Assembly: GCA_965249725.1 (NCBI GenBank)
Contig: CBDFMQ010000002.1
Coordinates: 576,001 to 640,000, forward strand
Length of the DNA: 64,000 nucleotides
Reading direction: 5' to 3'
Source of the DNA: Longimicrobiales bacterium
GTDB taxonomy: Bacteria > Gemmatimonadota > Gemmatimonadetes > Longimicrobiales > Gaopeijiaceae
Shown: positions 1-11,182 of the stretch, one piece after another
How positions within the stretch are numbered: position 1 is the first letter of the stretch
Layout of the letters: every line of letters starts with the position of its first letter
Position numbers and translations under genes: made by a program
Notes under the pieces: generated by a model
Told to the model about the DNA's origin: nothing
Seen by the model: only the letters and a program-made list of their open reading frames with translations
Databases searched by the model: none

Positions 1-129
1 GTAGACGCCCGCGTCCGTGTAGCCTTGGGCATGGTAGACGTCCCAGAGGAGGCCGAGGATGCAGCAGCGTCCGATGACGCGTCGGAAGAGACGGCTCCCA
101 AGGCGGCGGCCGTGAACGGCGAGGGTTGA
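1..129 (+). CDS. 3' end of upstream gene (partial), possibly the RecA C-terminus
   Basis: Frame 1 is open from base 1 (VDARVRVALGMVDVPEEAEDAAASDD...) to TGA 127-129 and is followed by a terminator. An acidic tail upstream of alaS fits recA (inference only). Confidence 0.4.
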   Translation, partial: VDARVRVALGMVDVPEEAEDAAASDDASEETAPKAAAVNGEG

Positions 130-158
130 CGAGCCGGCGATTCTCTCGAACCATCGTG

Positions 159-188
159 AAAAGCCCGGTCCTTCGACCGGGCTTTTTT
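159..188 (+). terminator. Intrinsic terminator, probably bidirectional
   Basis: AAAAGCCCGGTC-CTTC-GACCGGGCTTTTTT: perfect stem with A-run before and T-run after. Confidence 0.9.
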
Positions 189-318
189 CGTTGAGCGCCG
201 GCTCGATCTAGTCCGGTTTCAGGGCTCTACGCGTTGTTGGGTCGGGACTGTTAAGTCATTATAATTGGCGCCCGTGGACCGCGACCCGCTGCACTGATTC
301 AGCCAGCTTCTACTCATC

Positions 319-2985
319 ATGACCACAGCCGAAATCCGCTCGAGGTTCCTCGAGTTCTTCCGTGCCCGAGGGCACGAAATCCGGCCGAGCTCGCCGCTCG
401 TCCCGGCCGACGACCCGACGTTGCTGTTCACCAACTCCGGCATGGTGCAATTCAAGGATGAGTTGCTGGGCGTCGTCGACGTTCCGATCAAGCGGGCGGT
501 GACGTCTCAGAAATGCGTGAGAGCTGGCGGAAAACACAACGACCTCGAGGAGGTCGGAAAGACCACCCGGCATCACACGTTCTTCGAGATGTTAGGGAAT
601 TTCTCGTTCGGGGACTACTTCAAGCGGGACGCCATCGCGTATGCCTGGGAGTTCTTGACCGAGGACCTCGGATTGGATCCGGACCGACTATACGTCTCGA
701 TCCATGACTCCGACGACGAGGCCGACGACCTCTGGCAGGAGGTCACTCCGGTGCCCGCTGACCGGATCTTCCGGTTGGGCGACAAGGACAACTTCTGGCA
801 GATGGCCGACACGGGTCCCTGTGGCCCGTGTTCGGAGCTGCACTACGATCTGCGGCCCGAGGGCAGCAGGGAAGCGGTGACCAAGGAGGAGTTCGAGGAC
901 CTCTCGGATCAGGGGGTGTTCATCGAGCTCTGGAACCTGGTCTTCATGCAGTACAACAGGGACGAATCAGGGACGCTGAACCCTCTTCCCGCCCCATCGA
1001 TCGATACCGGAGCGGGCTTGGAGAGAATCGCCACGGTTCTTCAGGGCGTCGATTCCAACTACCACATCGACGCGTTCGCGCCCCTGCTGGAGGCCGTTGC
1101 GAGCGTCATCGGGCGCCCCTACGAGGCCGACGGGGACCAGGGAGTTTCCTACCGGGTGCTGGCGGATCACGCCCGCGCGGTGGCGTTCTTACTAGCCGAT
1201 GGCGTGTTTCCGTCGAGCGACGGCCGTGGATACGTGCTGCGCCGGATCCTTCGCCGTGCCGTACGCCACGCGTGGCTCTTGGGCCGTCGCGATCCGACCC
1301 TGGTCGCGGTGGTGGAGGCCGTGATCGACAGCATGTCCGATGTATACCCCCAACTCGAAGAGCAGCGCGATCATCTTCTCGGTACCACACGGTCCGAAGA
1401 GGAGCGCTTCCTGGCGACGATCGAGGGCGGCATGGATCGCTTCGATCAAGTGGCCCCTCGGGGAGCCGAGGCCGACGGCGGGCATGCGGTGGTGTCCGGC
1501 GCCGACGCGTTCAAACTCTACGACACGTTCGGCTTTCCCCTCGACTTGACCCAACTCATGGCCGAGGAACGGGGCTACACGGTGGACGTCGAGGCCTTCG
1601 AGACCGCCTTGGAGGAGCAGAGGCAGAGGAGCCGGGCGGATCGGGCCCAATCCGATAGCCGCCTCGCCGAGGGCGATCTTACGGAGGGTTGGCGAACCCT
1701 GTCGGAGGATGGACAGCGCTTCCTAGGCTACGACGAGTTGGATGTCGAAACCCAGGTTGTGGCCATCAGGACCACGGAGGACGGTGTAGCCCTTCAGTTG
1801 GCCGACAACCCGTTCTACGCCGAGGGCGGTGGTCAGGTATCCGACGTCGGCCGGGTGGATGGCGAGGGGTGGTCTCTGGAGGTGCGGGATGTCGCCCGTG
1901 TGGGAGATAGGGTGGCGGTCCTAGGCGAGCTGTCCCAGGGAGCTCTCGACGACGACAGCAAGGGCCCGTTGAAGGTCCGGGCCCAGGTCGGTGCGTCCTC
2001 TCGCCGGGACACTCAACGCAACCACACTGCCACTCATCTGCTCCATGCGGCCCTACGCGGCACGCTGGGCACGCACGTGGTCCAGCGCGGGTCTCTGGTC
2101 GCTCCCGACCGACTCCGGTTCGACTTCGCACACACGGCGCCCATGACGCAGGACGAGCGCGACCGGGTCGAGCGCATCGTGAACGACGGCGTGTGGACGG
2201 ATCACGACGTGACCACCGGCGATCGTCCCTACGAGGAGGCAGTGGCCGACGGGGCGATGGCACTGTTCGGTGAGAAGTACGCGGACGTCGTGCGGGTCGT
2301 CGAGATTCCAGGCGTCAGCATGGAATTGTGTGGCGGGACACACGTCCGTCACACCGGTGAGATCGGGCTCTTTAAGATCACGAGCGAGAGCGGTGTCGCG
2401 GCGGGTGTGAGGCGCATCGAGGCCGTGACGGGTCCCGGCGCCTTCGGTCACCTCGAAGAACGGGGTGAACGGCTTGACGAAGTTGCGGAGATTCTTGGGA
2501 GTCCGACCGGCAGCGTCGCGGCCAAGGCTCGGCAGCTGCTACAGGAGAAGCGGGAACTCGAGACGCTCCTAGACGAGCTCAGGAGCTCCGGCGGGGCGGG
2601 TGAGACGGTGGTCGTGGAGGAGGATGTTGCGGTCGACGGGTCGACCACGGCGTACAAGGCCGTACGACTCAGGGCGAGGAATGCCGACGACGTGAGGAAA
2701 TGGGGGGACGCATTCCTCACGGGAGCAGGGAGCGGTGTGGCGGTAGTGGCTGCCGAGCTGCCAGGGGACAAGTACACCCTATTCGCTTTCGCGACCGACG
2801 ACGTCATCGGCAAGGGCGTGCGGGCCGACGCCGTCGTCCGTGAGGTGGCCGTGGTCGTAGGGGGCAAGGGAGGCGGACGGCCGCACATGGCCCAGGCCGG
2901 AGTCGAAGACTCGGAGCGGATCGACGAGGCTCTCCGGATCGGCCGTGACGTAGTGGAGAAGCTTGGACGGGACTCCGGCGGTTGA
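319..2985 (+). CDS. alaS: Alanine--tRNA ligase
   Basis: DPTLLFTNSGMVQFK, HHTFFEMLGNFSFGDYFK, editing-domain HTATH and ELCGGTHV, C-terminal GGKGGG. TATAAT at 260-265 upstream. Confidence 0.99.
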   Translation: MTTAEIRSRFLEFFRARGHEIRPSSPLVPADDPTLLFTNSGMVQFKDELLGVVDVPIKRAVTSQKCVRAGGKHNDLEEVGKTTRHHTFFEMLGNFSFGDYFKRDAIAYAWEFLTEDLGLDPDRLYVSIHDSDDEADDLWQEVTPVPADRIFRLGDKDNFWQMADTGPCGPCSELHYDLRPEGSREAVTKEEFEDLSDQGVFIELWNLVFMQYNRDESGTLNPLPAPSIDTGAGLERIATVLQGVDSNYHIDAFAPLLEAVASVIGRPYEADGDQGVSYRVLADHARAVAFLLADGVFPSSDGRGYVLRRILRRAVRHAWLLGRRDPTLVAVVEAVIDSMSDVYPQLEEQRDHLLGTTRSEEERFLATIEGGMDRFDQVAPRGAEADGGHAVVSGADAFKLYDTFGFPLDLTQLMAEERGYTVDVEAFETALEEQRQRSRADRAQSDSRLAEGDLTEGWRTLSEDGQRFLGYDELDVETQVVAIRTTEDGVALQLADNPFYAEGGGQVSDVGRVDGEGWSLEVRDVARVGDRVAVLGELSQGALDDDSKGPLKVRAQVGASSRRDTQRNHTATHLLHAALRGTLGTHVVQRGSLVAPDRLRFDFAHTAPMTQDERDRVERIVNDGVWTDHDVTTGDRPYEEAVADGAMALFGEKYADVVRVVEIPGVSMELCGGTHVRHTGEIGLFKITSESGVAAGVRRIEAVTGPGAFGHLEERGERLDEVAEILGSPTGSVAAKARQLLQEKRELETLLDELRSSGGAGETVVVEEDVAVDGSTTAYKAVRLRARNADDVRKWGDAFLTGAGSGVAVVAAELPGDKYTLFAFATDDVIGKGVRADAVVREVAVVVGGKGGGRPHMAQAGVEDSERIDEALRIGRDVVEKLGRDSGG

Positions 2986-3305
2986 TGCCCGATCCGGAGG
3001 CTTGGCTGGCCCGGCGGGAGCCCGCGCCGCCTCGAGAACTGGAACGCCGACTCGGTGTCGTCCTCCTAGAGGGGGAATCGGTCAGCGCGGCGTTGGGACA
3101 AGCCGCCATGGATCAGGTGAGTGAGGTCCTCGCTCGGCCTGGCCCGGAGCGCGAGGCGGCCTTTCATCTTCTGGCGGCGGATGCGTTGATCACCTATGCC
3201 TGCGAAGCCGCAGCCGACGAAGACGACGTGGAGGTGAGTCTCTCCGGCCTTCTCGGACGGCTCGGTCCAGACACAGCAAGCCTGCCGATTCCCAGGGGAT
3301 CGTGA
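2985..3305 (+). CDS. Hypothetical protein (~106 aa)
   Basis: ATG overlaps the alaS TGA (TGATG) and the ORF fills the gap to the next gene. Helical motif LLAADALITYACEAAA. Confidence 0.7.
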   Translation: MPDPEAWLARREPAPPRELERRLGVVLLEGESVSAALGQAAMDQVSEVLARPGPEREAAFHLLAADALITYACEAAADEDDVEVSLSGLLGRLGPDTASLPIPRGS

Positions 3306-3306
3306 G

Positions 3307-4125
3307 ATGGTTTCGCGCGAGGCGGTAAACACGACCGATTTCCACAGTCATCTCGTGCCGGGCGTGGACGACGGTGCACGCACCCTCGAGGAGTCGATGG
3401 AGGCGGTGGAGCGAATGGTGGGTGCGGGCATCGGTCGGATTTGCACCACGCCTCACCTGAACGCCAGCCTGACGCACGACGCGGTGAAGCTGGAGCGACA
3501 TCTCGAGCAGGTCGATGCCGCGTGGGACGAGGTCTCCGGCGCGGTGAGGCAGCGCTATCCCGCACTCGAGTTCCACCGAGGCTTCGAGGTCATGCTGGAC
3601 GTACCGGACCCGGACTTATCCGATCCGCGCCTCCGCTTGGCCGGCACCGCCTTCGTCCTGGTGGAGTGGCCTCGGCTGCAGATTCCTCCTCGGACCGAAC
3701 ACGTCATTCAGAGGATCTGCTCTGACGGATACCGACCGATCATTGCCCATCCGGAGCGATATCAGGGTATGGAGAACGATTTAGATCTCGCCGGTGCTTG
3801 GCGAATGGCCGGAGCGTACCTCCAGGTCAACCACGGCTCGTTCGCCGGACGTTATGGGCCTGAGGCCGGGGACGTAGCTCGCGCGTTGCTTTCCCGCGGA
3901 TGGGTGGACTACCTATCGAGTGACTTTCATGCCCGGCGTCATCTCGGCATCTACCTTAGAGATGCCTCGGCCTTCCTCCGGGAACACGGTGGTGCAGAAC
4001 AGCTCCAGTTGCTCACCTCGACCAACCCGGCGCGGGTGTTCCAGGACGAGGCACCGCTACCCGTAGCGGGGCTCAGGATCGAGCAACCGTTGTGGAGTCG
4101 CTTCAAGAGCATGTTCAAGGGGTGA
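3307..4125 (+). CDS. CpsB/CapC-family PHP-domain tyrosine-protein phosphatase
   Basis: DFHSHLVPGVDDGA, TPH, AHPERY and SDFH metal-binding motifs. Confidence 0.9.
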   Translation: MVSREAVNTTDFHSHLVPGVDDGARTLEESMEAVERMVGAGIGRICTTPHLNASLTHDAVKLERHLEQVDAAWDEVSGAVRQRYPALEFHRGFEVMLDVPDPDLSDPRLRLAGTAFVLVEWPRLQIPPRTEHVIQRICSDGYRPIIAHPERYQGMENDLDLAGAWRMAGAYLQVNHGSFAGRYGPEAGDVARALLSRGWVDYLSSDFHARRHLGIYLRDASAFLREHGGAEQLQLLTSTNPARVFQDEAPLPVAGLRIEQPLWSRFKSMFKG

Positions 4126-4130
4126 GTCAC

Positions 4131-4715
4131 ATGTCGGACGAAACGCACGGATCAGGGGAGCTGCTCGAGCTCGCAGAGTTGGCCTATGTGTGCGCTCGCG
4201 AGTTGGCGGCAGAGATCGATGCGATGACATCCATGGTCGTAGAGACCCTGGCCGCCGACGGTGCGTTGTTCTTCTGCGGAAACGGCGGATCCGCCGCCGA
4301 CGCTCAGCATTTGGCGGCAGAGTATGTGATTCGGTTTCGCCGCGAACGGGGTCCGCTACGGGCCATGGCGCTGACGACCGACAGTTCGGTTCTCACTGCG
4401 GGTGGGAATGATCTCGGCTTCGAGGAAGTCTTCGCGCGGCAGGTGGAGGCCTTGGGGCGAACCGGAGACCTCCTCTTCGTTCACTCTACCAGCGGCGATT
4501 CTGAGAATCTGGTGCGGGCGGTGGCAGCGGCCCGCCGCGGAGGACTCAGGACGGTAGCGCTGCTCGCAAAGGGGGGAGGGCGCCTCAAGGAGGCTGTCGA
4601 CCTCGCAGTCATCGTACCCACCGACAGTACCGAGCGAGCCCAGGAACTCCACCTCGCGATTGGGCACGCGATCTGTGACCGGGTGGACCTGATCCTCGCC
4701 GGTGAAACCCGATGA
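4131..4715 (+). CDS. gmhA: D-sedoheptulose-7-phosphate isomerase (SIS domain)
   Basis: CGNGGSAADAQHLAAE, ALTTDSS, STSG and QELH motifs. Confidence 0.9.
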   Translation: MSDETHGSGELLELAELAYVCARELAAEIDAMTSMVVETLAADGALFFCGNGGSAADAQHLAAEYVIRFRRERGPLRAMALTTDSSVLTAGGNDLGFEEVFARQVEALGRTGDLLFVHSTSGDSENLVRAVAAARRGGLRTVALLAKGGGRLKEAVDLAVIVPTDSTERAQELHLAIGHAICDRVDLILAGETR

Positions 4716-4764
4716 TCAGCCAGACGCGCCGGCCATCGACAACGTATACGCGGAGGGGATCCAC

Positions 4765-5526
4765 GTGTCACTCATCGATCTAACGGGGCGGACCGCCGTA
4801 GTAACAGGCGGTTCCCGTGGAGTTGGCGGCGCCACGGCTCGCCTGCTGGCCAAGGCGGGTGTCGATGTCGGTATCGCCTTTCGCTCGCGTGAAGAGGACG
4901 CTCGGGAAGTGGTGGACGAGCTTACCGGGCTGGGCGTGAAGGCCTGGGCGGAATCAGGGGACCTTTCCCGAGCGGAGGATGCGGCGCGGCTCTTCGAACG
5001 CGCCGACCGCGAGTTCGACGGCCTCGATTTCTTTGTCGGGAATGCCGGAATCTGGATCGCGGAGGACGTTGCGCTTGCCGACATGGACGAAGGTCAGTGG
5101 CGGAAGACTCTCGCGTGCAATCTCGATTCGATCTTCTATACCACCCGTGAAGCGGCTCAAAGGCTGAGGCCGGGCGGAGCCATCGTCTTGGTGAGTTCGA
5201 CCGCCGGGCAGCGAGGAGAGGCCTATCACGGAGACTATGCCGCCTCCAAGGGCCGCATGATCTCGCTCGTCAAGGGTCTCTGCGTCGAGATGGCCCCCAA
5301 GGGGGTCACGGTCAATGCGGTGGCGCCCGGTTGGATCGACACCGAGATGGTGCATCCTGTCATGGAGGCGGATGACCGAGCTGGGATCGAGAGCACCATC
5401 CCGCTGGGTCGGATCGCAACCGCCGAAGACATCGCCGGACCCATCGTCTTCTTATGCTCACCCTTGGCGCGCCACATCACCGGCGAGATTCTCAACGTCA
5501 ATGGGGGTGCGGTGTTGGTGGGATAG
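4765..5526 (+). CDS. Short-chain dehydrogenase/reductase (FabG-like)
   Basis: TGGSRGVG, NAG, YAASK, VAPGWIDT. GTG start preceded by GGAGGG. Confidence 0.9.
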   Translation: MSLIDLTGRTAVVTGGSRGVGGATARLLAKAGVDVGIAFRSREEDAREVVDELTGLGVKAWAESGDLSRAEDAARLFERADREFDGLDFFVGNAGIWIAEDVALADMDEGQWRKTLACNLDSIFYTTREAAQRLRPGGAIVLVSSTAGQRGEAYHGDYAASKGRMISLVKGLCVEMAPKGVTVNAVAPGWIDTEMVHPVMEADDRAGIESTIPLGRIATAEDIAGPIVFLCSPLARHITGEILNVNGGAVLVG

Positions 5527-6878
5527 TGGACTTCTCCCCTACCGCTCCTGAGGCGGTCCTCTGGGTCGCCTCGACGTTGGAGGACGCCGGTTTCGAGACC
5601 TGGGTGGTGGGAGGCGCCATCCGTGATCTTCTCCTCGGGCATCCCGCCGGGGATTGGGACCTGGCGACCAGGGCGACACCCCAGGAGATCATGGCGACGT
5701 TCTCCCGCACCGTACCGATCGGGGTCGATCACGGTACGGTGGGAGTGCTCTCCAGCGCGGGGACGATGTACGAGGTCACGACCTTCCGGCGGGACATCGA
5801 GACGTCCGGTCGTCACGCCGTGGTGGAGTTCGCCGACAGCATCGAAGAGGACCTCGCGCGCCGGGACTTCACGGTCAACGCCATTGCGTGGCATCCGCTT
5901 CGCGGAGTGCTTCTGGATCCTGCAGACGGGGTCCAGGACCTTGAAGCCGGACTCCTCCGCACGGTGGGCGATCCGGCCCAACGGTTCGCCGAGGACTTTC
6001 TGCGCGTCTTGAGGGCTTTCCGCTTCTCGGGTCAGTTCGGGCTCTCCATCGAGGATGCCACGTGGCAGGCCTTATGCGATGCGGTTCCGCAGCTGCACGT
6101 GCTGTCCGCGGAAAGGGTGCTGGATGAGCTGCAGAAGGTGCTGTCGCAGGCCGATGAGCCCTCGATCGCCCTGGGGCTTTACGCCGAGTCGGGCGCCCTT
6201 GAGAAGCTGTACCCGGAGTTGGTCGAGGCTACGGTCGTCGGTGGGGCGTCGCTCGAGGACGCGCTCAGGGCGTGTGACCTTGTAGGCCGTAGCCGGTGGG
6301 TGGTGCGGCTCGTGACGCTCCTGTCACCGCTGGCATCAGGAGATGGGAGGGACACTCGTACGGTGCACTCTACGGTGGAGGGCCTCCTGGGCCGGCTCAG
6401 GTGCTCGAACGCAGACGCAAAGCGCGTGTCCCAGCTCGTCAGCAACAGAACGTTGGGGGTGCCGTCCAACGCACCAGCGGACATCCGGCGCTGGCTCCAT
6501 CGCACCAACCCGTTGCTCTTCCCGGATCTCGCCCGGATCTGGGTGGCCGAGGCGCGTGTGGGCATCGACCCGGGGGGTGACTCCGACGTCGAGCTTGCCA
6601 CGGCGGTCGCGGAGAGAATCGCCGAAAGGATGGCTGAGCGAATCGCCGAGATTCGAGCGGTCTTGCAGGCCAAGCCGCCGCTGTCTGTCGCGGATCTGGC
6701 GTTGAACGGTGAGCATCTCCAGGCCATGGGGCTCACTCCGGGTCCGTTCTTCGGCGAGGTGCTCCGGCGCTTACTGGATCACGTGCTGGAGTCCCCCGAG
6801 GCGAATACGCGCCCCGAGCTCGAAGCGCTCGTGCGTGAGATGGAGCATGCAGGACCGGCGATGGACCCCGATCGATGA
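5526..6878 (+). CDS. cca: CCA tRNA nucleotidyltransferase / poly(A) polymerase family
   Basis: VGGAIRD, DWDLAT, EVTTFR, DLARRDFTVNA, RFAEDFLRVLR. Confidence 0.9.
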   Translation: MDFSPTAPEAVLWVASTLEDAGFETWVVGGAIRDLLLGHPAGDWDLATRATPQEIMATFSRTVPIGVDHGTVGVLSSAGTMYEVTTFRRDIETSGRHAVVEFADSIEEDLARRDFTVNAIAWHPLRGVLLDPADGVQDLEAGLLRTVGDPAQRFAEDFLRVLRAFRFSGQFGLSIEDATWQALCDAVPQLHVLSAERVLDELQKVLSQADEPSIALGLYAESGALEKLYPELVEATVVGGASLEDALRACDLVGRSRWVVRLVTLLSPLASGDGRDTRTVHSTVEGLLGRLRCSNADAKRVSQLVSNRTLGVPSNAPADIRRWLHRTNPLLFPDLARIWVAEARVGIDPGGDSDVELATAVAERIAERMAERIAEIRAVLQAKPPLSVADLALNGEHLQAMGLTPGPFFGEVLRRLLDHVLESPEANTRPELEALVREMEHAGPAMDPDR

Positions 6879-8278
6879 GTGATCTCGACCTGTTTCCCCA
6901 GGGTGAGCCTTCCCGGGATTCGTCAGCCGACGGCGCCGAAACGACGGCGAGCCCGGATTCGCCTTTGGCAGCCCGCATGCGTCCGCGGACGCTGGATGAG
7001 TTCAGGGGCCAGGAGCACGTGCTGGGACCCGGTAAGGCCCTGCACTCCCAGATCGAGCAGGGTGACCCTGGGAGCATGATCCTGTGGGGTCCGCCCGGGA
7101 GCGGTAAAACGACTCTGGCTCGCTTGGTCGCTGACGGGACGGACGCCAAATTCGTGGCCTTCTCGGCCGTGACCGAGGGGGTGGCCCGGGTCCGTGAGGT
7201 GATCAAGGAGGCGAAGGAGCGGAGGAGGGCCACCAACCGCAGTACCATTCTCTTCTGCGACGAGATTCATCGGTTCAACAAAGCTCAGCAGGACGCGTTT
7301 CTGCCCCACGTGGAAAGCGGCACGATCGTACTGATCGGGGCCACGACCGAGAATCCGAGCTTCGAGATCGTGCGACCGCTGCTCTCTCGTGCTCCCGTGT
7401 TCGCTCTCAAGCCGCTCTCTCCCGAGGACGTTGCCGACATCATCCGTGCCGCCCTCGAGGATCAGGACCGAGGTCTGGGCCCGCTGGAGCTCGAGGTCGG
7501 TCAGGATGCAACAGACGCCATGGCACGCGCCGCCGATGGGGATGCCCGGAGGGGGCTCGGCATCCTGGAGACGGCAGCCAAACTCGCGGGGCCCCGAGGG
7601 GTAGTCGACCTGCCGACCGCCGAGGAGGCCGTACAGCACCGGTTCGCCGTGTACGACAAGTCGGGGGAGGAACACTTCAATCTCATCTCAGCGCTGCACA
7701 AGGCCGTGCGTGGAGGAAGCCCCGACGGCGCCCTCTACTGGCTGGCCCGCATGATCGAAGGCGGGGAGGACCCTCTCTACCTCGCGCGCCGGCTCGTCCG
7801 CATGGCGAGCGAAGACATCGGGCTGGCCGACCCCAAAGCTCTGGGCGTCGCCATTGCCGCCCGCGACGCATATCACTTCCTGGGCCCTCCCGAAGGAGAA
7901 CTCGCGCTGGCCGAGGCCGCGGTCTACCTGGCGTGCGCCCCGAAGTCCAATCGGACCTACATCGCCTGGAAGTCGGCGCGGAGGAGTGCTCAGGAGACTC
8001 CCTCCGCCCCGGTACCACTTCACATCCGGAACGCTCCGACCGACCTCATGAAGGAACTGGGGTACGGCGAGGGGTATCGGTACGACCCCGATGAACCGGA
8101 TGGCGTTGCTCCGCGGGAGTACCTTCCCGACGAGGTGGCCGGACAGAGCTTCTATTGGCCGGGATCGGCGGGCTTCGAGGAGAGTATCAAGGATCGGCTC
8201 GACCGCTGGAAGGCCCTCAAGGACGGGGCCGGCCGGCAGGATTCCGACACTCAGGAGTCATCATTCCCACCCAGTTGA
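6875..8278 (+). CDS. rarA: Replication-associated recombination protein A (MgsA/RarA AAA+)
   Basis: [45 protein letters not shown]. Confidence 0.96.
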   Translation: MSDLDLFPQGEPSRDSSADGAETTASPDSPLAARMRPRTLDEFRGQEHVLGPGKALHSQIEQGDPGSMILWGPPGSGKTTLARLVADGTDAKFVAFSAVTEGVARVREVIKEAKERRRATNRSTILFCDEIHRFNKAQQDAFLPHVESGTIVLIGATTENPSFEIVRPLLSRAPVFALKPLSPEDVADIIRAALEDQDRGLGPLELEVGQDATDAMARAADGDARRGLGILETAAKLAGPRGVVDLPTAEEAVQHRFAVYDKSGEEHFNLISALHKAVRGGSPDGALYWLARMIEGGEDPLYLARRLVRMASEDIGLADPKALGVAIAARDAYHFLGPPEGELALAEAAVYLACAPKSNRTYIAWKSARRSAQETPSAPVPLHIRNAPTDLMKELGYGEGYRYDPDEPDGVAPREYLPDEVAGQSFYWPGSAGFEESIKDRLDRWKALKDGAGRQDSDTQESSFPPS

Positions 8279-9576
8279 TAGATAACCAGACACCGGTCGA
8301 TCGGACCGTCCTGGTGGGAGCTCCTCTCAAGACAGTCGACGAGCGTGTCGTGCTGGAGCATCTCGAGGAACTGACGCGGCTCACCGACACGGCAGGTGGG
8401 GAAGTGGTCGACGTGGTGCGGCAGTGGATCGACGCTCCCCATCCGCGTTTCTTCATCGGCCGGGGCAAGGTGGACGAGCTGCGTGACCGTGTGAAGGCGG
8501 AGTCCGCGGACCTCGTGATCTTCGACGAAGAGTTGACTCCGGCCCAAGGCAAGGCGCTCGAGGACCGAGTGGGAGTTCGGGTGATGGATCGTTCCGAACT
8601 CATCCTCGACATCTTCGCGACGCGCGCTCGCACCAGCGAGTCCAAGATGCAGGTCGAGCTGGCGCAGCTTCAGTACCTGCTTCCAAGACTGAAGCGGATG
8701 TGGACCCACCTCTCCCGAATTCGAGGTGGCGTGGGGCTGCGAGGGCCAGGTGAGACACAGCTCGAATCCGACCGGCGCCTGATCGGCCGCAGAATCGCGG
8801 ACCTGGGGAAGAAGCTGGAGGGTGTGGCGTGGGCGCGTGAGATTCAGCGCCGTTCCCGAGACGGCCATTTTCGGGTGGCGCTCGTGGGCTACACCAATGC
8901 GGGCAAGTCGTCGCTTCTCCGTGCGCTGTCCGGGTCGGAACTCTTCGTGGAGGACCGGCTCTTTGCGACCCTGGATTCGACGACCCGGTCGGTGTCTCTG
9001 GGGGATGGCTTCGACGTGTTGGTGACCGACACCGTCGGGTTCATCCGCAAGCTGCCTCATCACCTGGTCGCCTCTTTCCGATCGACGCTGGAAGAGGCTC
9101 GGGAGGCGAACCTTCTCCTGCACGTCATCGACGCCTCCCATCCAGACTGGGAGGAGCAGAAGGAGGTCGTCGAGGAGGTCCTGGAAGCGCTCGATCTGAC
9201 CGGCCGACCCCAAGTGTTGGCGTTCAACAAGGTCGATCGTCTTACGCATGGGGAAGAAGAGGCGCTGACGAAGAGGATGCGTGCGCTCGAGCCGACGCCT
9301 TCCGTGTTCGTGTCCGCTCTGGATACCGAGACGTTGGAGCGACTCGGGTCCGTGCTGAAGGCGCGCATCCGAGGTGGCTTGCAGCATCTGTTCGTGCGGG
9401 TTTCCGCCGGGGACGGCCAGACGTTGGCGCTGCTCCATCGGGAGGGAGAAGTGCTCGGTCAGTCGCACGACGGGACGACCCTAGAGCTCGAGATCAGGGT
9501 CGCTCCGGCGGTTTGGGGTCGACTCGCTCAGATCGAGGGGCTCGAACTGGTCCGGGAGCACCACTCCGCTCTATGA
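8275..9576 (+). CDS. hflX: Ribosome-splitting GTPase HflX
   Basis: GPGETQLE, GYTNAGKS, LFATLD, DTVGF, NKVD. TTG start overlapping the rarA stop is inferred. Confidence 0.95.
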   Translation: MIDNQTPVDRTVLVGAPLKTVDERVVLEHLEELTRLTDTAGGEVVDVVRQWIDAPHPRFFIGRGKVDELRDRVKAESADLVIFDEELTPAQGKALEDRVGVRVMDRSELILDIFATRARTSESKMQVELAQLQYLLPRLKRMWTHLSRIRGGVGLRGPGETQLESDRRLIGRRIADLGKKLEGVAWAREIQRRSRDGHFRVALVGYTNAGKSSLLRALSGSELFVEDRLFATLDSTTRSVSLGDGFDVLVTDTVGFIRKLPHHLVASFRSTLEEAREANLLLHVIDASHPDWEEQKEVVEEVLEALDLTGRPQVLAFNKVDRLTHGEEEALTKRMRALEPTPSVFVSALDTETLERLGSVLKARIRGGLQHLFVRVSAGDGQTLALLHREGEVLGQSHDGTTLELEIRVAPAVWGRLAQIEGLELVREHHSAL

Positions 9577-10442
9577 CCGATAAGCTGATGATCGTGGGCC
9601 CCGGAAGGCTCGGACTCGCGCTCGGGTCCGCCCTGTGGCAGGCCGATGGAGTCGAGAGTCTCGTCTACCAGGGACGTCGGCCCGAGCCCCCGTCACACCC
9701 TCTGTTCACGCAGGGCGTGGCGCGGTATGTGTTCGGATTGGAGAGACCCGCTCCGGGCACGACGGGTGTCTTCCTAGCCGTGCCGGACGATCGAGTTCCC
9801 GAGCTGGCTCGGGCCCTCTCCGCACTAGGAGATGCACCGGAGCGTTGCGCGGCGTTTCATATGTCCGGTGCGCTGAGCACGGACGCGCTGAGCCCGCTGC
9901 ACGCCGTTGGATATCAGGTCGGCTCGTTCTATCCCCTCCAGACCGTGGCACATCCGGTAACCGGAGCCGATCGACTTCCCGGGTCCTCCGTCTCCGTCGC
10001 CGGGGAGCCCCAGGCATTGCAGGTCGCGCACCGACTTCTCGGGGTCTTGGGATGTAGGGCGATTTCAGTCTCCACGCGACTGCGTCCGACCCAGCATGCG
10101 GCGGCCGTCCTGGGATCGAATTATCTTGCTGTGGTGCTGGCGTCGGCCTTCCGGATGCTCGGCACTGCCGGGCTCTCCGGCGAAGAGTCCATGGAGGCCC
10201 TGCTCGCGCTGGCGCGCGGTACGCTCGACAACATCGAGGAGATGGGCCTGGAACGCGCTTTGGTGGGGCCTGTGACCCGGGGCGAAATCGAGACACTGAG
10301 CCTTCATCTGAGAAACGCCGATCCACGGTCGCGGGAATTGTACAAGGTACTCGGCCGGGAGCTGATCGAGCTTCTGGGACCCGGGAACCTCGACGAGGAG
10401 ACTATGCACTCGGTTTGGAAGCTGTTCGAGGTCGAACGATGA
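9573..10442 (+). CDS. Rossmann-like + DUF2520 protein (PanG-like ketopantoate reductase candidate)
   Basis: [37 protein letters not shown]. Confidence 0.8.
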   Translation: MTDKLMIVGPGRLGLALGSALWQADGVESLVYQGRRPEPPSHPLFTQGVARYVFGLERPAPGTTGVFLAVPDDRVPELARALSALGDAPERCAAFHMSGALSTDALSPLHAVGYQVGSFYPLQTVAHPVTGADRLPGSSVSVAGEPQALQVAHRLLGVLGCRAISVSTRLRPTQHAAAVLGSNYLAVVLASAFRMLGTAGLSGEESMEALLALARGTLDNIEEMGLERALVGPVTRGEIETLSLHLRNADPRSRELYKVLGRELIELLGPGNLDEETMHSVWKLFEVER

Positions 10443-11182
10443 GGTTCTACGTCAACATCGACCACGTCGCCACGGTCCGTGAGGCCCGTGGCACGGATGA
10501 GCCCGATCCTGTCCGCGCCGCTGTGCTGGTGGAGTTGGCGGGTGCCCACGGGATCACGGTCCATCTGCGCGAGGATCGTCGCCACGTCAACGAGAGGGAC
10601 GTACGGCTCCTCATGGAAACCGTGCGGACCGGTGTGAACTTCGAGCTGGCGGCGGCAACGGACGTTCTCGCTATCGCGTGTGAGCTTCGGCCCATGCAGG
10701 CCACCCTGGTGCCGGAGAAGCGTGAGGAAGTCACCACGGAAGGTGGCCTGGCCTTGGGCGAGGCCGCCGTCCGTTCGTCCACCGGCGAGGCCCTGCAGCG
10801 GCTGAAGGCGGCCGGCATCCGCACGGCACTGTTCGTCGATCCCGACGAGGATGTGATCCGGGCGACCGCGGAGCTGGGGGCCGACGCCGTCGAGCTGCAC
10901 ACGGGTGAGTATGCCAACGCCTGGGCGACCCCGGAGGGTGATGTTCAACTCACACGGCTGGCCGACGCGGCGACACTAGCGGCGAGCCTCGGCTTGGCGG
11001 TCCACGCCGGACATGGGCTGACATATGAAAACGTCACGCCGGTGGCGGCGATCCCGCTGATCGAGGAGCTGAACATCGGGCATTCCATCGTCTCGCGTGC
11101 GGTGCTGGTCGGGATGGAGCGGGCCGTGCGCGAGATGGGCGAATTGATCGTGGCTGCCAGGGGTGGAGCGACCGGCGCTTGA
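10439..11182 (+). CDS. pdxJ: Pyridoxine 5'-phosphate synthase
   Basis: [36 protein letters not shown]. Confidence 0.97.
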   Translation: MRFYVNIDHVATVREARGTDEPDPVRAAVLVELAGAHGITVHLREDRRHVNERDVRLLMETVRTGVNFELAAATDVLAIACELRPMQATLVPEKREEVTTEGGLALGEAAVRSSTGEALQRLKAAGIRTALFVDPDEDVIRATAELGADAVELHTGEYANAWATPEGDVQLTRLADAATLAASLGLAVHAGHGLTYENVTPVAAIPLIEELNIGHSIVSRAVLVGMERAVREMGELIVAARGGATGA

